DNA of 28,790 bases from Coriobacteriia bacterium (GCA_900758075.1 CAAEQF010000158.1:1-28790); one strand, 5' to 3'; shown: positions 9,443 to 18,980, counted from the first letter of the stretch. Program-made: numbers and translations. The notes: generated from the sequence alone by a model not told the origin.

Positions 9443-9468
9443 CCTGCTGCCCGCATGCGGGCAGCAGG
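9443..9468. repeat. Perfect 26-bp palindrome CCTGCTGCCCGCATGCGGGCAGCAGG
   Basis: Read directly; both 13-nt halves are exact reverse complements. Confidence 0.9.
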
Positions 9469-9478
9469 ACACGTGCAA

Positions 9479-9670
9479 CTAGATGTTCTCGACCTTGACG
9501 AGATGCTTGACCTTGAAGATCATGCCGCGGACTGCAGGGTTGTCCACCTGATCGACCGTGCGGCCGATCTTGCCGAGGCCCAGCGCCTTGAGGGTCTTGC
9601 CCTGGTCGGCCTTGTAGCCGATAGAGCTCTTGATCTGCGTGATACGCAGCGTCTTATTTGCGTCAGACAT
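9479..9670 (-). CDS. rpmD: 50S ribosomal protein L30
   Basis: LRITQIKSSIG...TLKALGLGKIG...DNPAVRGMIFKVKHLV. Confidence 0.98.
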   Translation of the reverse strand: MSDANKTLRITQIKSSIGYKADQGKTLKALGLGKIGRTVDQVDNPAVRGMIFKVKHLVKVENI

Positions 9671-10218
9671 TATTGAACCTTCTTACCGTAGATGGCGGCG
9701 ATGCTCATATCGCGGCGTGCGGCGACATCCTCGGGGCTACTGAGCTCCTTGAGGCCCTCTGCAGCTGCCTTGACGATGTTCATCGCGTTGTCAGTGCCGA
9801 GCGACTTGGAAAGAACGTCCTTGACACCCGCGAGCTCGAGCAGAGCGCGCACTGGGCCACCGGCGATGACACCGGTACCAGGGGTAGCGGGCTTGAGCAG
9901 GACGCGGCCTGCGGAAAACTCGCCCAGGACCTCGTGCGGAATCGTGCCTGCCTCGGTCAGCGGCACCTTGAACATGTTCTTCTTGGCATCCTCGACGCCC
10001 TTGCTGATGGCAATCGGCACCTCGGCAGACTTGCCCATGCCAACGCCGACGTTGCCGTTGCGGTCGCCGACGACGACGAGGGCGGACAGGTTCATGCGAC
10101 GACCACCCTTGACCGTCTTGGAAACGCGGTTGATGGAAACTACGCGCTCTTCAAGTTCGGGAACTGCGGGGTTGTTGTCACGCTTGTTGTTCCTGCGGTT
10201 GTTAGACCTCTGTGGCAT
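9670..10218 (-). CDS. rpsE: 30S ribosomal protein S5
   Basis: [31 protein letters not shown]. Confidence 0.99.
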   Translation of the reverse strand: MPQRSNNRRNNKRDNNPAVPELEERVVSINRVSKTVKGGRRMNLSALVVVGDRNGNVGVGMGKSAEVPIAISKGVEDAKKNMFKVPLTEAGTIPHEVLGEFSAGRVLLKPATPGTGVIAGGPVRALLELAGVKDVLSKSLGTDNAMNIVKAAAEGLKELSSPEDVAARRDMSIAAIYGKKVQ

Positions 10219-10232
10219 CTTCCTCTCCCTTC

Positions 10233-10607
10233 CTAGAACTTGAGACCAGCTTCGCGGGCACCGTCCGCGAGAGCCTGAACGCGGCCGTGGTACAGATGAC
10301 CACCACGGTCGAAGACGATTTCGGAAATCCCAGCCTCGATTGCGCGCTTGCCGACAAGCTTGCCGACCTCTTCCGCGCCTTCCTTGTTGCTGCCGTTCTT
10401 GCCAGTGGCCTTGAACTCGGCATCGAGGGAAGAGGCGCTGACGAGCGTCTTGGACGTCGTATCGCTGTCATCGATGACCTGGGCGTAGATATGTGCGTTG
10501 GTACGCGTCACGCGCAGACGCGGACGCTCAGCGGTACCGGTCACCTTGGCGCGCACGCGGCGCTGGCGGCGAACCAGTTTCGCTTTCTTTGCTTTGAGCT
10601 TATCCAT
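10233..10607 (-). CDS. rplR: 50S ribosomal protein L18
   Basis: [44 protein letters not shown]. Confidence 0.99.
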   Translation of the reverse strand: MDKLKAKKAKLVRRQRRVRAKVTGTAERPRLRVTRTNAHIYAQVIDDSDTTSKTLVSASSLDAEFKATGKNGSNKEGAEEVGKLVGKRAIEAGISEIVFDRGGHLYHGRVQALADGAREAGLKF

Positions 10608-10658
10608 ACTTTGATGTACTCCTTGAAATTGACCGGGCTATCGTGCCGGTACGCCTTA

Positions 10659-11198
10659 TTACTTAGCAGCCTTGCCCTCTTTGCGGCGGATGTGCTCGCC
10701 CTGATAGCGGATGCCCTTGCCCTTGTACGGCTCGGGAGCGCGCAGAGAGCGAATCTCGGCAGCAGTCTGGCCAACCAGCTGCTTGTCGACGCCGCTGATG
10801 ATGATCGTGGTGGCATCCGGGCACTCGAACTTGATGCCCTCGGCCGCCTGGACGTCTACGGGATGAGAGTAACCCAGCGTCATTTCAAGTTTGTCGCCCT
10901 TGAGCGATGCACGGTAGCCAACGCCGACGAGCTCGAGCGTCTTGGAGTAGCCCTCGCTCACGCCGATGACCATGTTGTTGATCAGCGAACGGGTCAGGCC
11001 GTGGAGTGCGCGGTTCTGACGCTCGTCGTTCGGACGCTCGACGATGACCTGGTTGTCATCGTTCATGCTGATTGTCATGTTCTTGTTGAAGGTCTCGGTG
11101 AGTTCACCTTTGGGACCCTTGACGGAAACGGTAGAACCGTCGATCTTAACCTCAACTCCGGCAGGAACCGGGATGGGCAGCTTACCAATACGAGACAT
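10659..11198 (-). CDS. rplF: 50S ribosomal protein L6
   Basis: MSRIGKLPI start at 11198 after [19 protein letters not shown]. Confidence 0.99.
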   Translation of the reverse strand: MSRIGKLPIPVPAGVEVKIDGSTVSVKGPKGELTETFNKNMTISMNDDNQVIVERPNDERQNRALHGLTRSLINNMVIGVSEGYSKTLELVGVGYRASLKGDKLEMTLGYSHPVDVQAAEGIKFECPDATTIIISGVDKQLVGQTAAEIRSLRAPEPYKGKGIRYQGEHIRRKEGKAAK

Positions 11199-11223
11199 TA
11201 GTATTGCTCCTTTCTCAGTTCGA

Positions 11224-11622
11224 TTACCAGATGTAGGCCAGAACCTCGCCACCGACGCCAGCAATGCGCGCGTCGCGGTCGGTCATGACACCCTTGGACG
11301 TGGAAACAACGGCAGTGCCGAGGCCACCGAGAACTCGGGGCAGCTCGTCTTTGCCTGCGTAAATGCGAAGACCCGGCTTGGAGATGCGGCGGATACCGCG
11401 GATGACCTTGGCCTTCTTTGCGCCGTACTTCAAAGTAATGACAAGCTCGTCTTGAGGCTTCTTGGAGATAACCTCGTAGTCGGAGACATAGCCCTCTTCT
11501 TTGATGACGCGGGCAATCTCGACGAGCTTCTTGGAAGACGGCATGGAAACCGTCTCTTTGGTCGCAGAATTCGCGTTTCGGATACGCGTGAGCATATCTG
11601 CGATCGAATCAGTCGTGCTCAT
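11224..11622 (-). CDS. rpsH: 30S ribosomal protein S8
   Basis: [41 protein letters not shown]. Confidence 0.99.
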   Translation of the reverse strand: MSTTDSIADMLTRIRNANSATKETVSMPSSKKLVEIARVIKEEGYVSDYEVISKKPQDELVITLKYGAKKAKVIRGIRRISKPGLRIYAGKDELPRVLGGLGTAVVSTSKGVMTDRDARIAGVGGEVLAYIW

Positions 11623-11725
11623 TAAATTCCTCCTATGGTTCGTTGATGACTGCTTCCGATCGGTTCGTCGTCACCCGTGGCGGCAACGCCTGACCGGAGC
11701 AGCCCAGCATCAGGAAAACCAGCGA

Positions 11726-11911
11726 TTACCAGCTGGCTTTGCGGACACCGGGGAGTTCGCCTTTGAGAGCAAGCTCACGCAAGCAGATACGGCACAGGCC
11801 GAACTTACGGTAGACCGAATGCGGTCGGCCGCAGCGGACGCAACGCGTGTAGGCGCGCGTGCTGTACTTAGGCTCGCGGTTTGCCTTGGCGATCATCGAT
11901 TTCTTTGCCAA
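11726..11911 (-). CDS. rpsZ: 30S ribosomal protein S14, short zinc-binding type Z
   Basis: 61 aa, CVRC...[18 protein letters not shown] start after AGGAGG. Confidence 0.98.
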   Translation of the reverse strand: MAKKSMIAKANREPKYSTRAYTRCVRCGRPHSVYRKFGLCRICLRELALKGELPGVRKASW

Positions 11912-12024
11912 AACATGCCTCCTAATTTCACAACGGAGCCCATCTCCATTGTTGACACCAATAACATCGAAATGACTACGTACCCTAAAAAAGGGTGCGT
12001 AGTCAGACGATTGAACACTATACC

Positions 12025-12570
12025 TTAGCGGTTGACAAACGGGAAGCCAAAAGCGGTAAGAAGCGCCTTGCCATCCTCGTCGGTCTTGGCGGTGGTCACG
12101 AACGTGATGTCCATGCCCCTCGTGCGGTCGACGTCCTCGTAGGAGATCTCGGGGAAGATCGTCTGCTCGCTGACGCCCATGGAGTAGTTGCCGTGGCCGT
12201 CGAAGCTGTTGTCCGGCATGCCGCGGAAGTCGCGGATGCGCGGGATAGCAGTTGCAACCAGACGGTCGAAGAACTCGTACATGCGATCGCCGCGCAACGT
12301 GACCTTAGCGCCGATTGCCTGGCCCTTGCGCAGGCGGAACGTTGCGATGGACTTCCTTGCACGGCAGATCATCGGCTGCTGGCCGGTGATGGTGCGCAGG
12401 TCAGCGACAGCTGCGTCGATGAGCTTGCTATCGGTCGCCGCTTCGCCAACGCCCATGTTGACAACGATCTTCTCAAGCTTCGGAACGTTGTTGATGTTGG
12501 TGACGTTCAGCTCTTTCTCGAGCTGCGGGACGATCTCGTTTTTGTACTTCTCTTTCAGGCGAGGTGCCAT
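12025..12570 (-). CDS. rplE: 50S ribosomal protein L5
   Basis: [43 protein letters not shown]. Confidence 0.99.
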   Translation of the reverse strand: MAPRLKEKYKNEIVPQLEKELNVTNINNVPKLEKIVVNMGVGEAATDSKLIDAAVADLRTITGQQPMICRARKSIATFRLRKGQAIGAKVTLRGDRMYEFFDRLVATAIPRIRDFRGMPDNSFDGHGNYSMGVSEQTIFPEISYEDVDRTRGMDITFVTTAKTDEDGKALLTAFGFPFVNR

Positions 12571-12687
12571 TGTTACTCCTTGTTTCGAGAATTAAGACGG
12601 GGTTCCAACCTCGTCCCCTCTTGCGAGGGCCTTTGATGAGGTGCCCGCGCCTCGTCGACGCGGGCACCAGATGCAGCAGTCAAGGGA

Positions 12688-13005
12688 CTAGTCGATATCC
12701 TTGCCGCACTTCTTGCAGACGCGGACCTTCTTGCCCTCGTCACGCCTCACGGCGATGCGAGTGGGCAGGCCGCACTGCGGGCAGACCAGCATGACGTTGG
12801 AAACGTCGATGGGGCCCTCGAACGTGTCGATACCGCCGTTGGGGTTGGCCTGCGACGGGCGCAGCGCCTTGTGAATGATGTTCACGCCCTGGACGACGAC
12901 GCGGTGCTCGGACGGACGGGCGGACAGGACCTCGCCCTGTGCGCCTTTGTCCTTGCCGGTGATGACCTTGACGGTATCGCCCTTCTTGATGTTCATCTTC
13001 GCCAT
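12688..13005 (-). CDS. rplX: 50S ribosomal protein L24
   Basis: IKKGDTVKVITGKDKG KOW motif, EGPIDVSNV, CPQC...CKKC. Confidence 0.99.
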   Translation of the reverse strand: MAKMNIKKGDTVKVITGKDKGAQGEVLSARPSEHRVVVQGVNIIHKALRPSQANPNGGIDTFEGPIDVSNVMLVCPQCGLPTRIAVRRDEGKKVRVCKKCGKDID

Positions 13006-13021
13006 TTCCTCACACCTTTCC

Positions 13022-13390
13022 TTAAAGCGTCTCGGGAGCGAGGGAGACGATCTTCATGTACTTGCGATCGCGCAGCTCGCGGGCGACGGGCCCGAAGATA
13101 CGCGTACCACGAGGTGCGCCAGAATCGTCGACGAGGACGGCTGCGTTCTCATCGAACTTAATGTAGGAGCCGTCCTTGCGTCGGACTTCCTTCTTGACGC
13201 GGACGACGACGCAGCGAACGACATCGCCCTTCTTGACCTGACTGTTTGGCGTGGCTTCCTTGACGCTGCAAATAATCACGTCACCAAGGCCGGCATAACG
13301 GCGCTTGGAGCCACCGAGAACCTTGATGCACTGGACTTTGCGTGCGCCAGAGTTGTCAGCAACAGTCAGCATTGATTGCATTTGAATCAT
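13022..13390 (-). CDS. rplN: 50S ribosomal protein L14
   Basis: [41 protein letters not shown]. Confidence 0.99.
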   Translation of the reverse strand: MIQMQSMLTVADNSGARKVQCIKVLGGSKRRYAGLGDVIICSVKEATPNSQVKKGDVVRCVVVRVKKEVRRKDGSYIKFDENAAVLVDDSGAPRGTRIFGPVARELRDRKYMKIVSLAPETL

Positions 13391-13420
13391 GATGATTACC
13401 TTTCCTGTTACTAACGGGCC

Positions 13421-13681
13421 TTATTTGGCCTTCTCGACGATCTCGATGAGGCGCCAGCGCTTCTTCTTGGACAGCGGTCGGGTCTCCATGATGCGGACGA
13501 TGTCGCCCACACCGGCCTCGTTGTTCTCGTCATGAGCGTGAAGCTTGCTCGTGGTGGTCATCATCTTGTGATAGACCCTGTGCTGCTTGCGCTCCTCGAT
13601 CTGGACGACGATGGTCTTGTCATTGGCTGCCGAGACGACTACGCCCTGGCGAACCTTACGACTGTTACGCTCTTCTGCCAT
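13421..13681 (-). CDS. rpsQ: 30S ribosomal protein S17
   Basis: [28 protein letters not shown]. Confidence 0.99.
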   Translation of the reverse strand: MAEERNSRKVRQGVVVSAANDKTIVVQIEERKQHRVYHKMMTTTSKLHAHDENNEAGVGDIVRIMETRPLSKKKRWRLIEIVEKAK

Positions 13682-13699
13682 TTAGGTTTCGCTCCTTTC

Positions 13700-13912
13700 C
13701 TAGGACGCAGCGTCTGCAGCTGCATTGATCTCGCGGGCACGCAGCTCGGTGCAGATGCGCGCGATGTCTTTCTTAACGGTCTTAACACGTGCAGTGTTGT
13801 CCAGTTGGCTGGTGGCCATCTGGAAGCGCAGGTTGAACAGCTCGGCACGTGCCTCGCTCAACTTCTCGTTGAGGTCGTCGGTGGAAAGCTCACGTACTTC
13901 AGATGCTTTCAT
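13700..13912 (-). CDS. rpmC: 50S ribosomal protein L29
   Basis: [18 protein letters not shown]...KKDIARI.T. Confidence 0.98.
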   Translation of the reverse strand: MKASEVRELSTDDLNEKLSEARAELFNLRFQMATSQLDNTARVKTVKKDIARICTELRAREINAAADAAS

Positions 13913-14463
13913 TACGCGTTACCTCCCTTCGCGGCAGCCTCACGAGCAGCTTCGACCTCTGCATCGTGCTCTGCTTCTTCCTCAGCCTCGATAGCGCGCT
14001 GGATAGCGAACTCCTTGGCGTGCTCCTCGGCAAACTCGTGCGCATGCTCTGCCGCGTCGGCGCGGAACAGCATCTTGCACTTGATGGGAAGCTTGTTGAT
14101 GGCAAGGCGCATGGCCTCGCGTGCTTCCTCGGGGGTCACGCCGTCGATCTCGAACATGACGCGGCCCGGCTTGACGACTGCCACCCACTCTTCCGGGTTG
14201 CCCTTGCCGGAACCCATGCGGGTCTCTGCCGGCTTCTTGGTGATGGGCTTGTCCGGGAAGATCGTGATCCACACACGGCCGCCACGCTTCATGTAGCGGG
14301 TCATGGCGATACGTGCGGCTTCGATCTGGCGGTTGGTGATCCAATGGGCCTCGAGAGCCTGGATTCCGTAGGAACCAAAGGCGAGCTTCGTACCGCCCTT
14401 GGCCTTGCCCTTCATAGAACCACGCTGGACCTTGCGGTACTTGGTGCGCTTAGGCATCAACAT
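13912..14463 (-). CDS. rplP: 50S ribosomal protein L16 with ~49-aa C-terminal extension
   Basis: [29 protein letters not shown]; core ends near [11 protein letters not shown] (residue 134 of 183). Confidence 0.98.
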   Translation of the reverse strand: MLMPKRTKYRKVQRGSMKGKAKGGTKLAFGSYGIQALEAHWITNRQIEAARIAMTRYMKRGGRVWITIFPDKPITKKPAETRMGSGKGNPEEWVAVVKPGRVMFEIDGVTPEEAREAMRLAINKLPIKCKMLFRADAAEHAHEFAEEHAKEFAIQRAIEAEEEAEHDAEVEAAREAAAKGGNA

Positions 14464-15173
14464 TAGCGGTCCCTCCTCTCACCACGACGGCCACGGCCGC
14501 GGCGCTGGCTTGAGGTGCCCTCGAGAGCAGGATTGGTCTTCTGCTGACCAGGAAGCACTTCGCCGTAGTACACCCAGACCTTGATACCGCAGGAACCCAT
14601 GGTGGTGTGTGCGGTTGCGGTGCCGTAATCGATCATTGCACGAAGGGTGTGCAGCGGCACGCGGCCCTCGCGGTACCACTCACGACGGCTCATCTCGGCG
14701 CCACCCAGACGGCCTGCGCACTGGATACGGATACCCTTGGCGCCAGACTTGCGGGCGGACTGGACTGCCTTGCGCATCGCGCGGCGGAAGGCAACACGGC
14801 CCTCGAGCTGCTCGGCGATGGACTGGGCAATCAGGCTGGCATCGAGCTCGGGGCGCTTGACCTCGATGACCTCGACGGAGACGTGTCCGCCGGCAATGGC
14901 TTCGAGCTCCTTGCGCAAGGCGTCGACCTCGGTGCCCTTCTTGCCAATGACAATGCCGGGGCGGGCGGTGGTGACGATGACCTTGATCTTGTCGCCAGCG
15001 CGCTCGATTTCTACCTTGGAAAGCGCAGCGCCCGCGAGCTTGGTCTCGACGTGCTTGCGCAGCTTGATATCGTTCTCAAGCGTGGCAGCATAATCTTTAC
15101 CGGCATACCAGCGGCTACGCCAGCTCTCGGTGATACCCAGGCGAAAACCAGTCGGCTTAACCTTCTGACCCAT
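14463..15173 (-). CDS. rpsC: 30S ribosomal protein S3
   Basis: [43 protein letters not shown]. Confidence 0.99.
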   Translation of the reverse strand: MGQKVKPTGFRLGITESWRSRWYAGKDYAATLENDIKLRKHVETKLAGAALSKVEIERAGDKIKVIVTTARPGIVIGKKGTEVDALRKELEAIAGGHVSVEVIEVKRPELDASLIAQSIAEQLEGRVAFRRAMRKAVQSARKSGAKGIRIQCAGRLGGAEMSRREWYREGRVPLHTLRAMIDYGTATAHTTMGSCGIKVWVYYGEVLPGQQKTNPALEGTSSQRRGRGRRGERRDR

Positions 15174-15176
15174 GTG

Positions 15177-15518
15177 CTACGCCTCCTCTCTCGTTGCAAC
15201 GACGACGGTGATGTGGCTCGTGCGCTTCCTGATGGGGCTTGCGGAGCCCTTGGCGCGCGGGCGAAAACGCTTCATGGTCGGGCCTTCGTCAACGTAGGCC
15301 TCCTTGATGACCAGGTTCTCGGGGCGAACGCCGTACTTGTTCTCGGCGTTTGCCGCAGCGGAGGCGACGACCTTCGAGACAGCCTCGGAGATGGCGCGCT
15401 CGTTGAAGCGCAGAATATCCATGGCGTCGACGACCTCTTTGCCGCGAATCTCGTTCACGACGATGCGAGCCTTGCGCGGAGAAACGCGCACGTACTTGGC
15501 TACTGCTTTAGCTTGCAT
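15177..15518 (-). CDS. rplV: 50S ribosomal protein L22
   Basis: [40 protein letters not shown]. Confidence 0.99.
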   Translation of the reverse strand: MQAKAVAKYVRVSPRKARIVVNEIRGKEVVDAMDILRFNERAISEAVSKVVASAAANAENKYGVRPENLVIKEAYVDEGPTMKRFRPRAKGSASPIRKRTSHITVVVATREEA

Positions 15519-15529
15519 TTACGTTCCTC

Positions 15530-15790
15530 CTATTCTGCGCGATGGCCGCGGAAGGTACGAGTCGGCGCGAACTCGCCGAGCTTGTGACCGACCATGGACT
15601 CGGTTACGTATACAGGGACATGACGGCGGCCGTCATGGACGGCGATCGTGTGGCCGACCATTTCCGGGAAGATCGTCGAAGAGCGACTCCAGGTCTTGAT
15701 GGCCTTCTTTTCGCCTGCCTCGTTCATCGCAACGATGCGAGCGAGGAGACGCGGCTCTACATAAGGGCCTTTCTTGAGACTTCTACTCAT
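15530..15790 (-). CDS. rpsS: 30S ribosomal protein S19
   Basis: [34 protein letters not shown]. Confidence 0.99.
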   Translation of the reverse strand: MSRSLKKGPYVEPRLLARIVAMNEAGEKKAIKTWSRSSTIFPEMVGHTIAVHDGRRHVPVYVTESMVGHKLGEFAPTRTFRGHRAE

Positions 15791-15803
15791 TACTTCTCCT
15801 CAC

Positions 15804-16634
15804 TTATTTCTTGCGGCGACGGATAATCAGGCGGCTCGTAGCCTTCTTCGGGTTGCGGGTGCGATGGCCCTTGGTGGGAACGCCCCACGGGGTGACAGGA
15901 TGACGGCCAGCGGTCTTGTTCTTGCCCTCGCCACCACCATGCGGGTGGTCGACCGGGTTCATAACCGTACCACGGACAGTCGGGCGGACACCCAGCCAAC
16001 GCTTGCGGCCTGCCTTGCCGAGGCGGATGTTGGCATGCTCGGCGTTGCCGACCTCGCCAACCGTCGCGCGGCAGGTGAGGAGCACACGGCGCATCTCAGA
16101 AGACGGCATGCGGAGGATGGCATAGCCGCCCTCCTTGCCCATCAGCTGGATGCTGGTGCCAGCAGAACGTGCCATCGCAGCGCCCTTGCCAGGCTGGAAC
16201 TCGACCGCATGGATCAGAGTACCGACCGGGATGTTGGCGAGCGGAAGCGCGTTGCCGGGCTTGATGTCGGCCTCGGGGCCGGACTCGACGATGTCGCCAA
16301 CCTTCAGGCCCTTGGGCTGGAGGATGTACGCCTTGGCGCCGTCGACGTAGTGCAGAAGCGCGATACGGGCAGAACGGTTCGGGTCGTACTCGATGGTCGC
16401 AACCTTTGCCGGAATCCCGTCCTTCTGACGCTTGAAGTCGATCTTGCGGTACTTGCGCTTGTGACCGCCGCCCTGGTGACGGGTCGTGATGCGGCCATAG
16501 TTGTTGCGGCCGGCCTTCTTAGGCAGCGGCTCCAACAGCGACTTCTCGGGCTTGGTCGTCGTAATCTCTGCGAAGTCAGAGACCGTCTGGAAGCGACGTC
16601 CCGGGGAAGACGGCTTGTATTGCTTTACTCCCAT
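15804..16634 (-). CDS. rplB: 50S ribosomal protein L2
   Basis: [43 protein letters not shown] 16634 follows GAAGGAG. Confidence 0.99.
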   Translation of the reverse strand: MGVKQYKPSSPGRRFQTVSDFAEITTTKPEKSLLEPLPKKAGRNNYGRITTRHQGGGHKRKYRKIDFKRQKDGIPAKVATIEYDPNRSARIALLHYVDGAKAYILQPKGLKVGDIVESGPEADIKPGNALPLANIPVGTLIHAVEFQPGKGAAMARSAGTSIQLMGKEGGYAILRMPSSEMRRVLLTCRATVGEVGNAEHANIRLGKAGRKRWLGVRPTVRGTVMNPVDHPHGGGEGKNKTAGRHPVTPWGVPTKGHRTRNPKKATSRLIIRRRKK

Positions 16635-16767
16635 GAACAAACTCCTTCTTGATTCCGATTGCCAGATAACCGCCTGGGATGGAGGACTGTGCGTGCCCTC
16701 GCGCGGTCCTGACTCCGGACTACCACGCCGCCGGGCATCTCCTTATTGGAAACTCTCGACGGCAACG

Positions 16768-16793
16768 AATCCCCCATTGCACAATGGGGGATT
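16768..16793. repeat. Inverted repeat with 12-bp perfect arms, AATCCCCCATTG-ca-CAATGGGGGATT
   Basis: Read directly, 11 nt after the rplW stop. Confidence 0.85.
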
Positions 16794-16804
16794 TGGAACC
16801 TTGC

Positions 16805-17092
16805 TTAGTCCTGGTTGGCGAACAGCTCGATGGTGTCGCCCTCGGCCAGCGTTACGATGGCCTTCTTCCAGGTGCGAGTCTTGCCCTCGATGTTGCGCAT
16901 GCGCTTCTTCTTGGACTTGACGTTGACCGTGTTGACCTTGAGCACCTTGACGTCGAAGATCTCTTCGACTGCCTTGGCGATCTCGATCTTGCTTGCGGTC
17001 TTGGCCACTTCGAACGTGAAGCGGTTGTACTCCTGCATATCGAAGGAGCGCTCGGTGATGACCGGGCGGATGATGATCTGACGTGCCTCCAT
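16805..17092 (-). CDS. rplW: 50S ribosomal protein L23
   Basis: IIRPVITE, FEVAKTASKIEI..AVEEIFDVKV, WKKAIVTL. Confidence 0.99.
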   Translation of the reverse strand: MEARQIIIRPVITERSFDMQEYNRFTFEVAKTASKIEIAKAVEEIFDVKVLKVNTVNVKSKKKRMRNIEGKTRTWKKAIVTLAEGDTIELFANQD

Positions 17093-17715
17093 TACGACAG
17101 CACCTCCTCGACATACTTGACGGCGTCCTTGGTCATGACCAGTGCCGCGTTGTCAACGAGATCGTAGGTGTTGATCTCGGATGCAGCGATGACGTTTGCC
17201 TTCTTGATGTTGCGGAAGGACAGAAACGCGTTGACATCCTCGTCGTTGACGACGACGGTCACGCGGCCCGTGATGTCGAGCGCCTTGAGGAACGCCACTG
17301 CCTGCTTGGTGCACGGCTTTTCGAAATCGAAGTTATCGACGACGAACAGCTCGGAATCGGCGAGCTTGCCGGACACGGCAGAGCGCATGGCGAGCTTGAC
17401 GACCTTGCTCGGTACGCGGAACGCATAGGAGCGGGGGTGCGGACCGAACACGACACCACCATGGCGGAACTGCGCAGCACGGATGGAACCCTGACGAGCG
17501 CGGCCGGTGCCCTTCTGGCGGAACGGCTTACGGCCGCCACCGGAAACCTGACCACGGGTCTTGGTGCTGTGCGTGCCCTGGCGAAGCATCGCCATCTGGC
17601 TGCGCACCACCTGGTGCATTGCATAGGTGTTGGGCTCGATAGCGAAAACGCTATCTGCGACCTCCATGGTGCCCTGCGGCTTACCAGCGGAGTCGGTGAT
17701 ATTGAGAGTTGCCAT
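17092..17715 (-). CDS. rplD: 50S ribosomal protein L4
   Basis: RQGTHSTKTRGQVSGGGRKPFRQKGTGRARQGS, GGVVFGPHPR. Confidence 0.99.
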   Translation of the reverse strand: MATLNITDSAGKPQGTMEVADSVFAIEPNTYAMHQVVRSQMAMLRQGTHSTKTRGQVSGGGRKPFRQKGTGRARQGSIRAAQFRHGGVVFGPHPRSYAFRVPSKVVKLAMRSAVSGKLADSELFVVDNFDFEKPCTKQAVAFLKALDITGRVTVVVNDEDVNAFLSFRNIKKANVIAASEINTYDLVDNAALVMTKDAVKYVEEVLS

Positions 17716-17730
17716 TGACCTTCTCCTCCT

Positions 17731-18351
17731 TTAAGCCATACGGATCTGAACGAGAGCGCCCTTGCCACCAGGAACGGCACCCTTTACCAACAAGAGGTTC
17801 TGCTCTGCGTCGACGCGAACCACCGCGAGGTTCTTGACCGTGACACGGTCGCAACCCATGTGGCCCGGCAGGCGCATGCCCTTGAAGACGCGAGCAGGAT
17901 ACGCGCACATGCCGACAGAACCCGGAGCACGATGGAAGTGATGACCATGTGCACCAGGGCCACCGCCGAAGCCGTGACGCTTGATGACACCGGCGAAGCC
18001 CTTGCCCTTGCTCACGCCAGTGACGTCGACCTTGGCAACGTCTTCGAAAGCCGCGACCGTGACGGTCTCGCCGACGGAATGCTCGGAAGCATTCTCGACG
18101 CGCACCTCGCGCAGGTAGCGCATCGGAGCGATGCCCGCCTTCTCGAAGTGGCCCTTCATGGGCTTGTTGACTTTCTTTTCCTTGATGTCACCGAAACCGA
18201 TCTGGACGGCCTCGTAGCCGTCGGTCTCGGTGGTCTTTACCTGCGAGACAACGCAGGGGCCGGCCTGGATGACCGTGACGGGGATGATGTTGTCATCTTC
18301 TCCCCAGACCTGAGTCATACCCAGCTTGCGGCCGAGAATCGTATTGACCAT
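17731..18351 (-). CDS. rplC: 50S ribosomal protein L3
   Basis: [47 protein letters not shown] at 18351 (TTG 18357 possible). Confidence 0.99.
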   Translation of the reverse strand: MVNTILGRKLGMTQVWGEDDNIIPVTVIQAGPCVVSQVKTTETDGYEAVQIGFGDIKEKKVNKPMKGHFEKAGIAPMRYLREVRVENASEHSVGETVTVAAFEDVAKVDVTGVSKGKGFAGVIKRHGFGGGPGAHGHHFHRAPGSVGMCAYPARVFKGMRLPGHMGCDRVTVKNLAVVRVDAEQNLLLVKGAVPGGKGALVQIRMA

Positions 18352-18490
18352 TTCCAACCTAACCTTCAGGCGATCTTGAGTAGGTTACCCTTCGTAACTC
18401 TTCAGCGGATCGCAGCCTGATGCTCGTCCCTTTGTTCGATTCATACGCCGGAACGTTGACACACTACGCCCTATAGAGCGCAGCCTGCAC

Positions 18491-18529
18491 AGTCTACACC
18501 ATGCTGGCAAATTTTTGAAGAAGTTTTTT
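18491..18529 (-). promoter_or_regulatory. Candidate sigma-A promoter for rplC onward, with upstream A-tract
   Basis: TTCAAA (18519-18514), 17 nt, TAGACT (18496-18491); A6 tract at 18529-18524; lies downstream of the rpsJ terminator-like hairpin. Confidence 0.55.
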
Positions 18530-18599
18530 GGCTTCTTCCGCATCTCCTCCATCGCGTGCTTGCGTGTCGCGAGCACGCGGAGAGATTGCGGTGAATGCC

Positions 18600-18644
18600 T
18601 GAACATACAGAAGGGCACCGCCCCTGTTTCGGAACGGTGCCCTT
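18600..18644 (-). terminator. Intrinsic terminator-like hairpin after rpsJ
   Basis: 10-bp perfect stem AAGGGCACCG/CGGTGCCCTT (18644-18635, 18620-18611), extendable by G-U pairs, followed by a U-rich but interrupted tail CUGUAUGUUC. Confidence 0.65.
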
Positions 18645-18671
18645 GTACGTGCTTTTCGCGATACGCGCTGC

Positions 18672-18980
18672 TTAGAGCTTGATCTCGATGTCGACGCCCG
18701 CGGGAAGGTCGAGGCGCATCAGCGAGTCAACGGTGTTCGGCGTCGGGTCGAGGATGTCGATGAGGCGCTTGTGGGTGCGCATCTCGAACTGCTCGCGGGA
18801 GTCCTTGTTGACGTGCGGCGAGCGGATGACGGTGTACAGGTTGCGCTCAGTCGGCAGCGGAATCGGACCGGAAATGCGTGCGCCGGTCTTGGCCGCGGTA
18901 TCGACGATAAGCTTGGTCGACTGGTCCACGATCTCGTGATCGTAGCCCTTCAGTCGAATGCGAATCTTCTGGCTAGGCAC
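18672..18980 (-). CDS. rpsJ: 30S ribosomal protein S10
   Basis: [41 protein letters not shown] start after GGAGG. Confidence 0.99.
   Translation of the reverse strand: MPSQKIRIRLKGYDHEIVDQSTKLIVDTAAKTGARISGPIPLPTERNLYTVIRSPHVNKDSREQFEMRTHKRLIDILDPTPNTVDSLMRLDLPAGVDIEIKL

Noticed and set aside
5638..13005. Zinc-binding forms of L36, S14, Adk LID and Cys pairs in L24
   Set aside because: Expected forms for the copies in the main operon; no Zur box or paralog seen.
18385..18618. 77-aa minus-strand ORF in the rpsJ-rplC spacer
   Set aside because: No clear RBS or motif, starts inside the terminator stem, and the DNA is better explained as promoter plus leader.
9367..18671. Possibility that the spacer hairpins are one repeat family, MITEs or CRISPR-like units
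   Set aside because: They share no extended sequence with each other, and show no regular spacing, terminal repeats, target duplications or cas/transposase genes.
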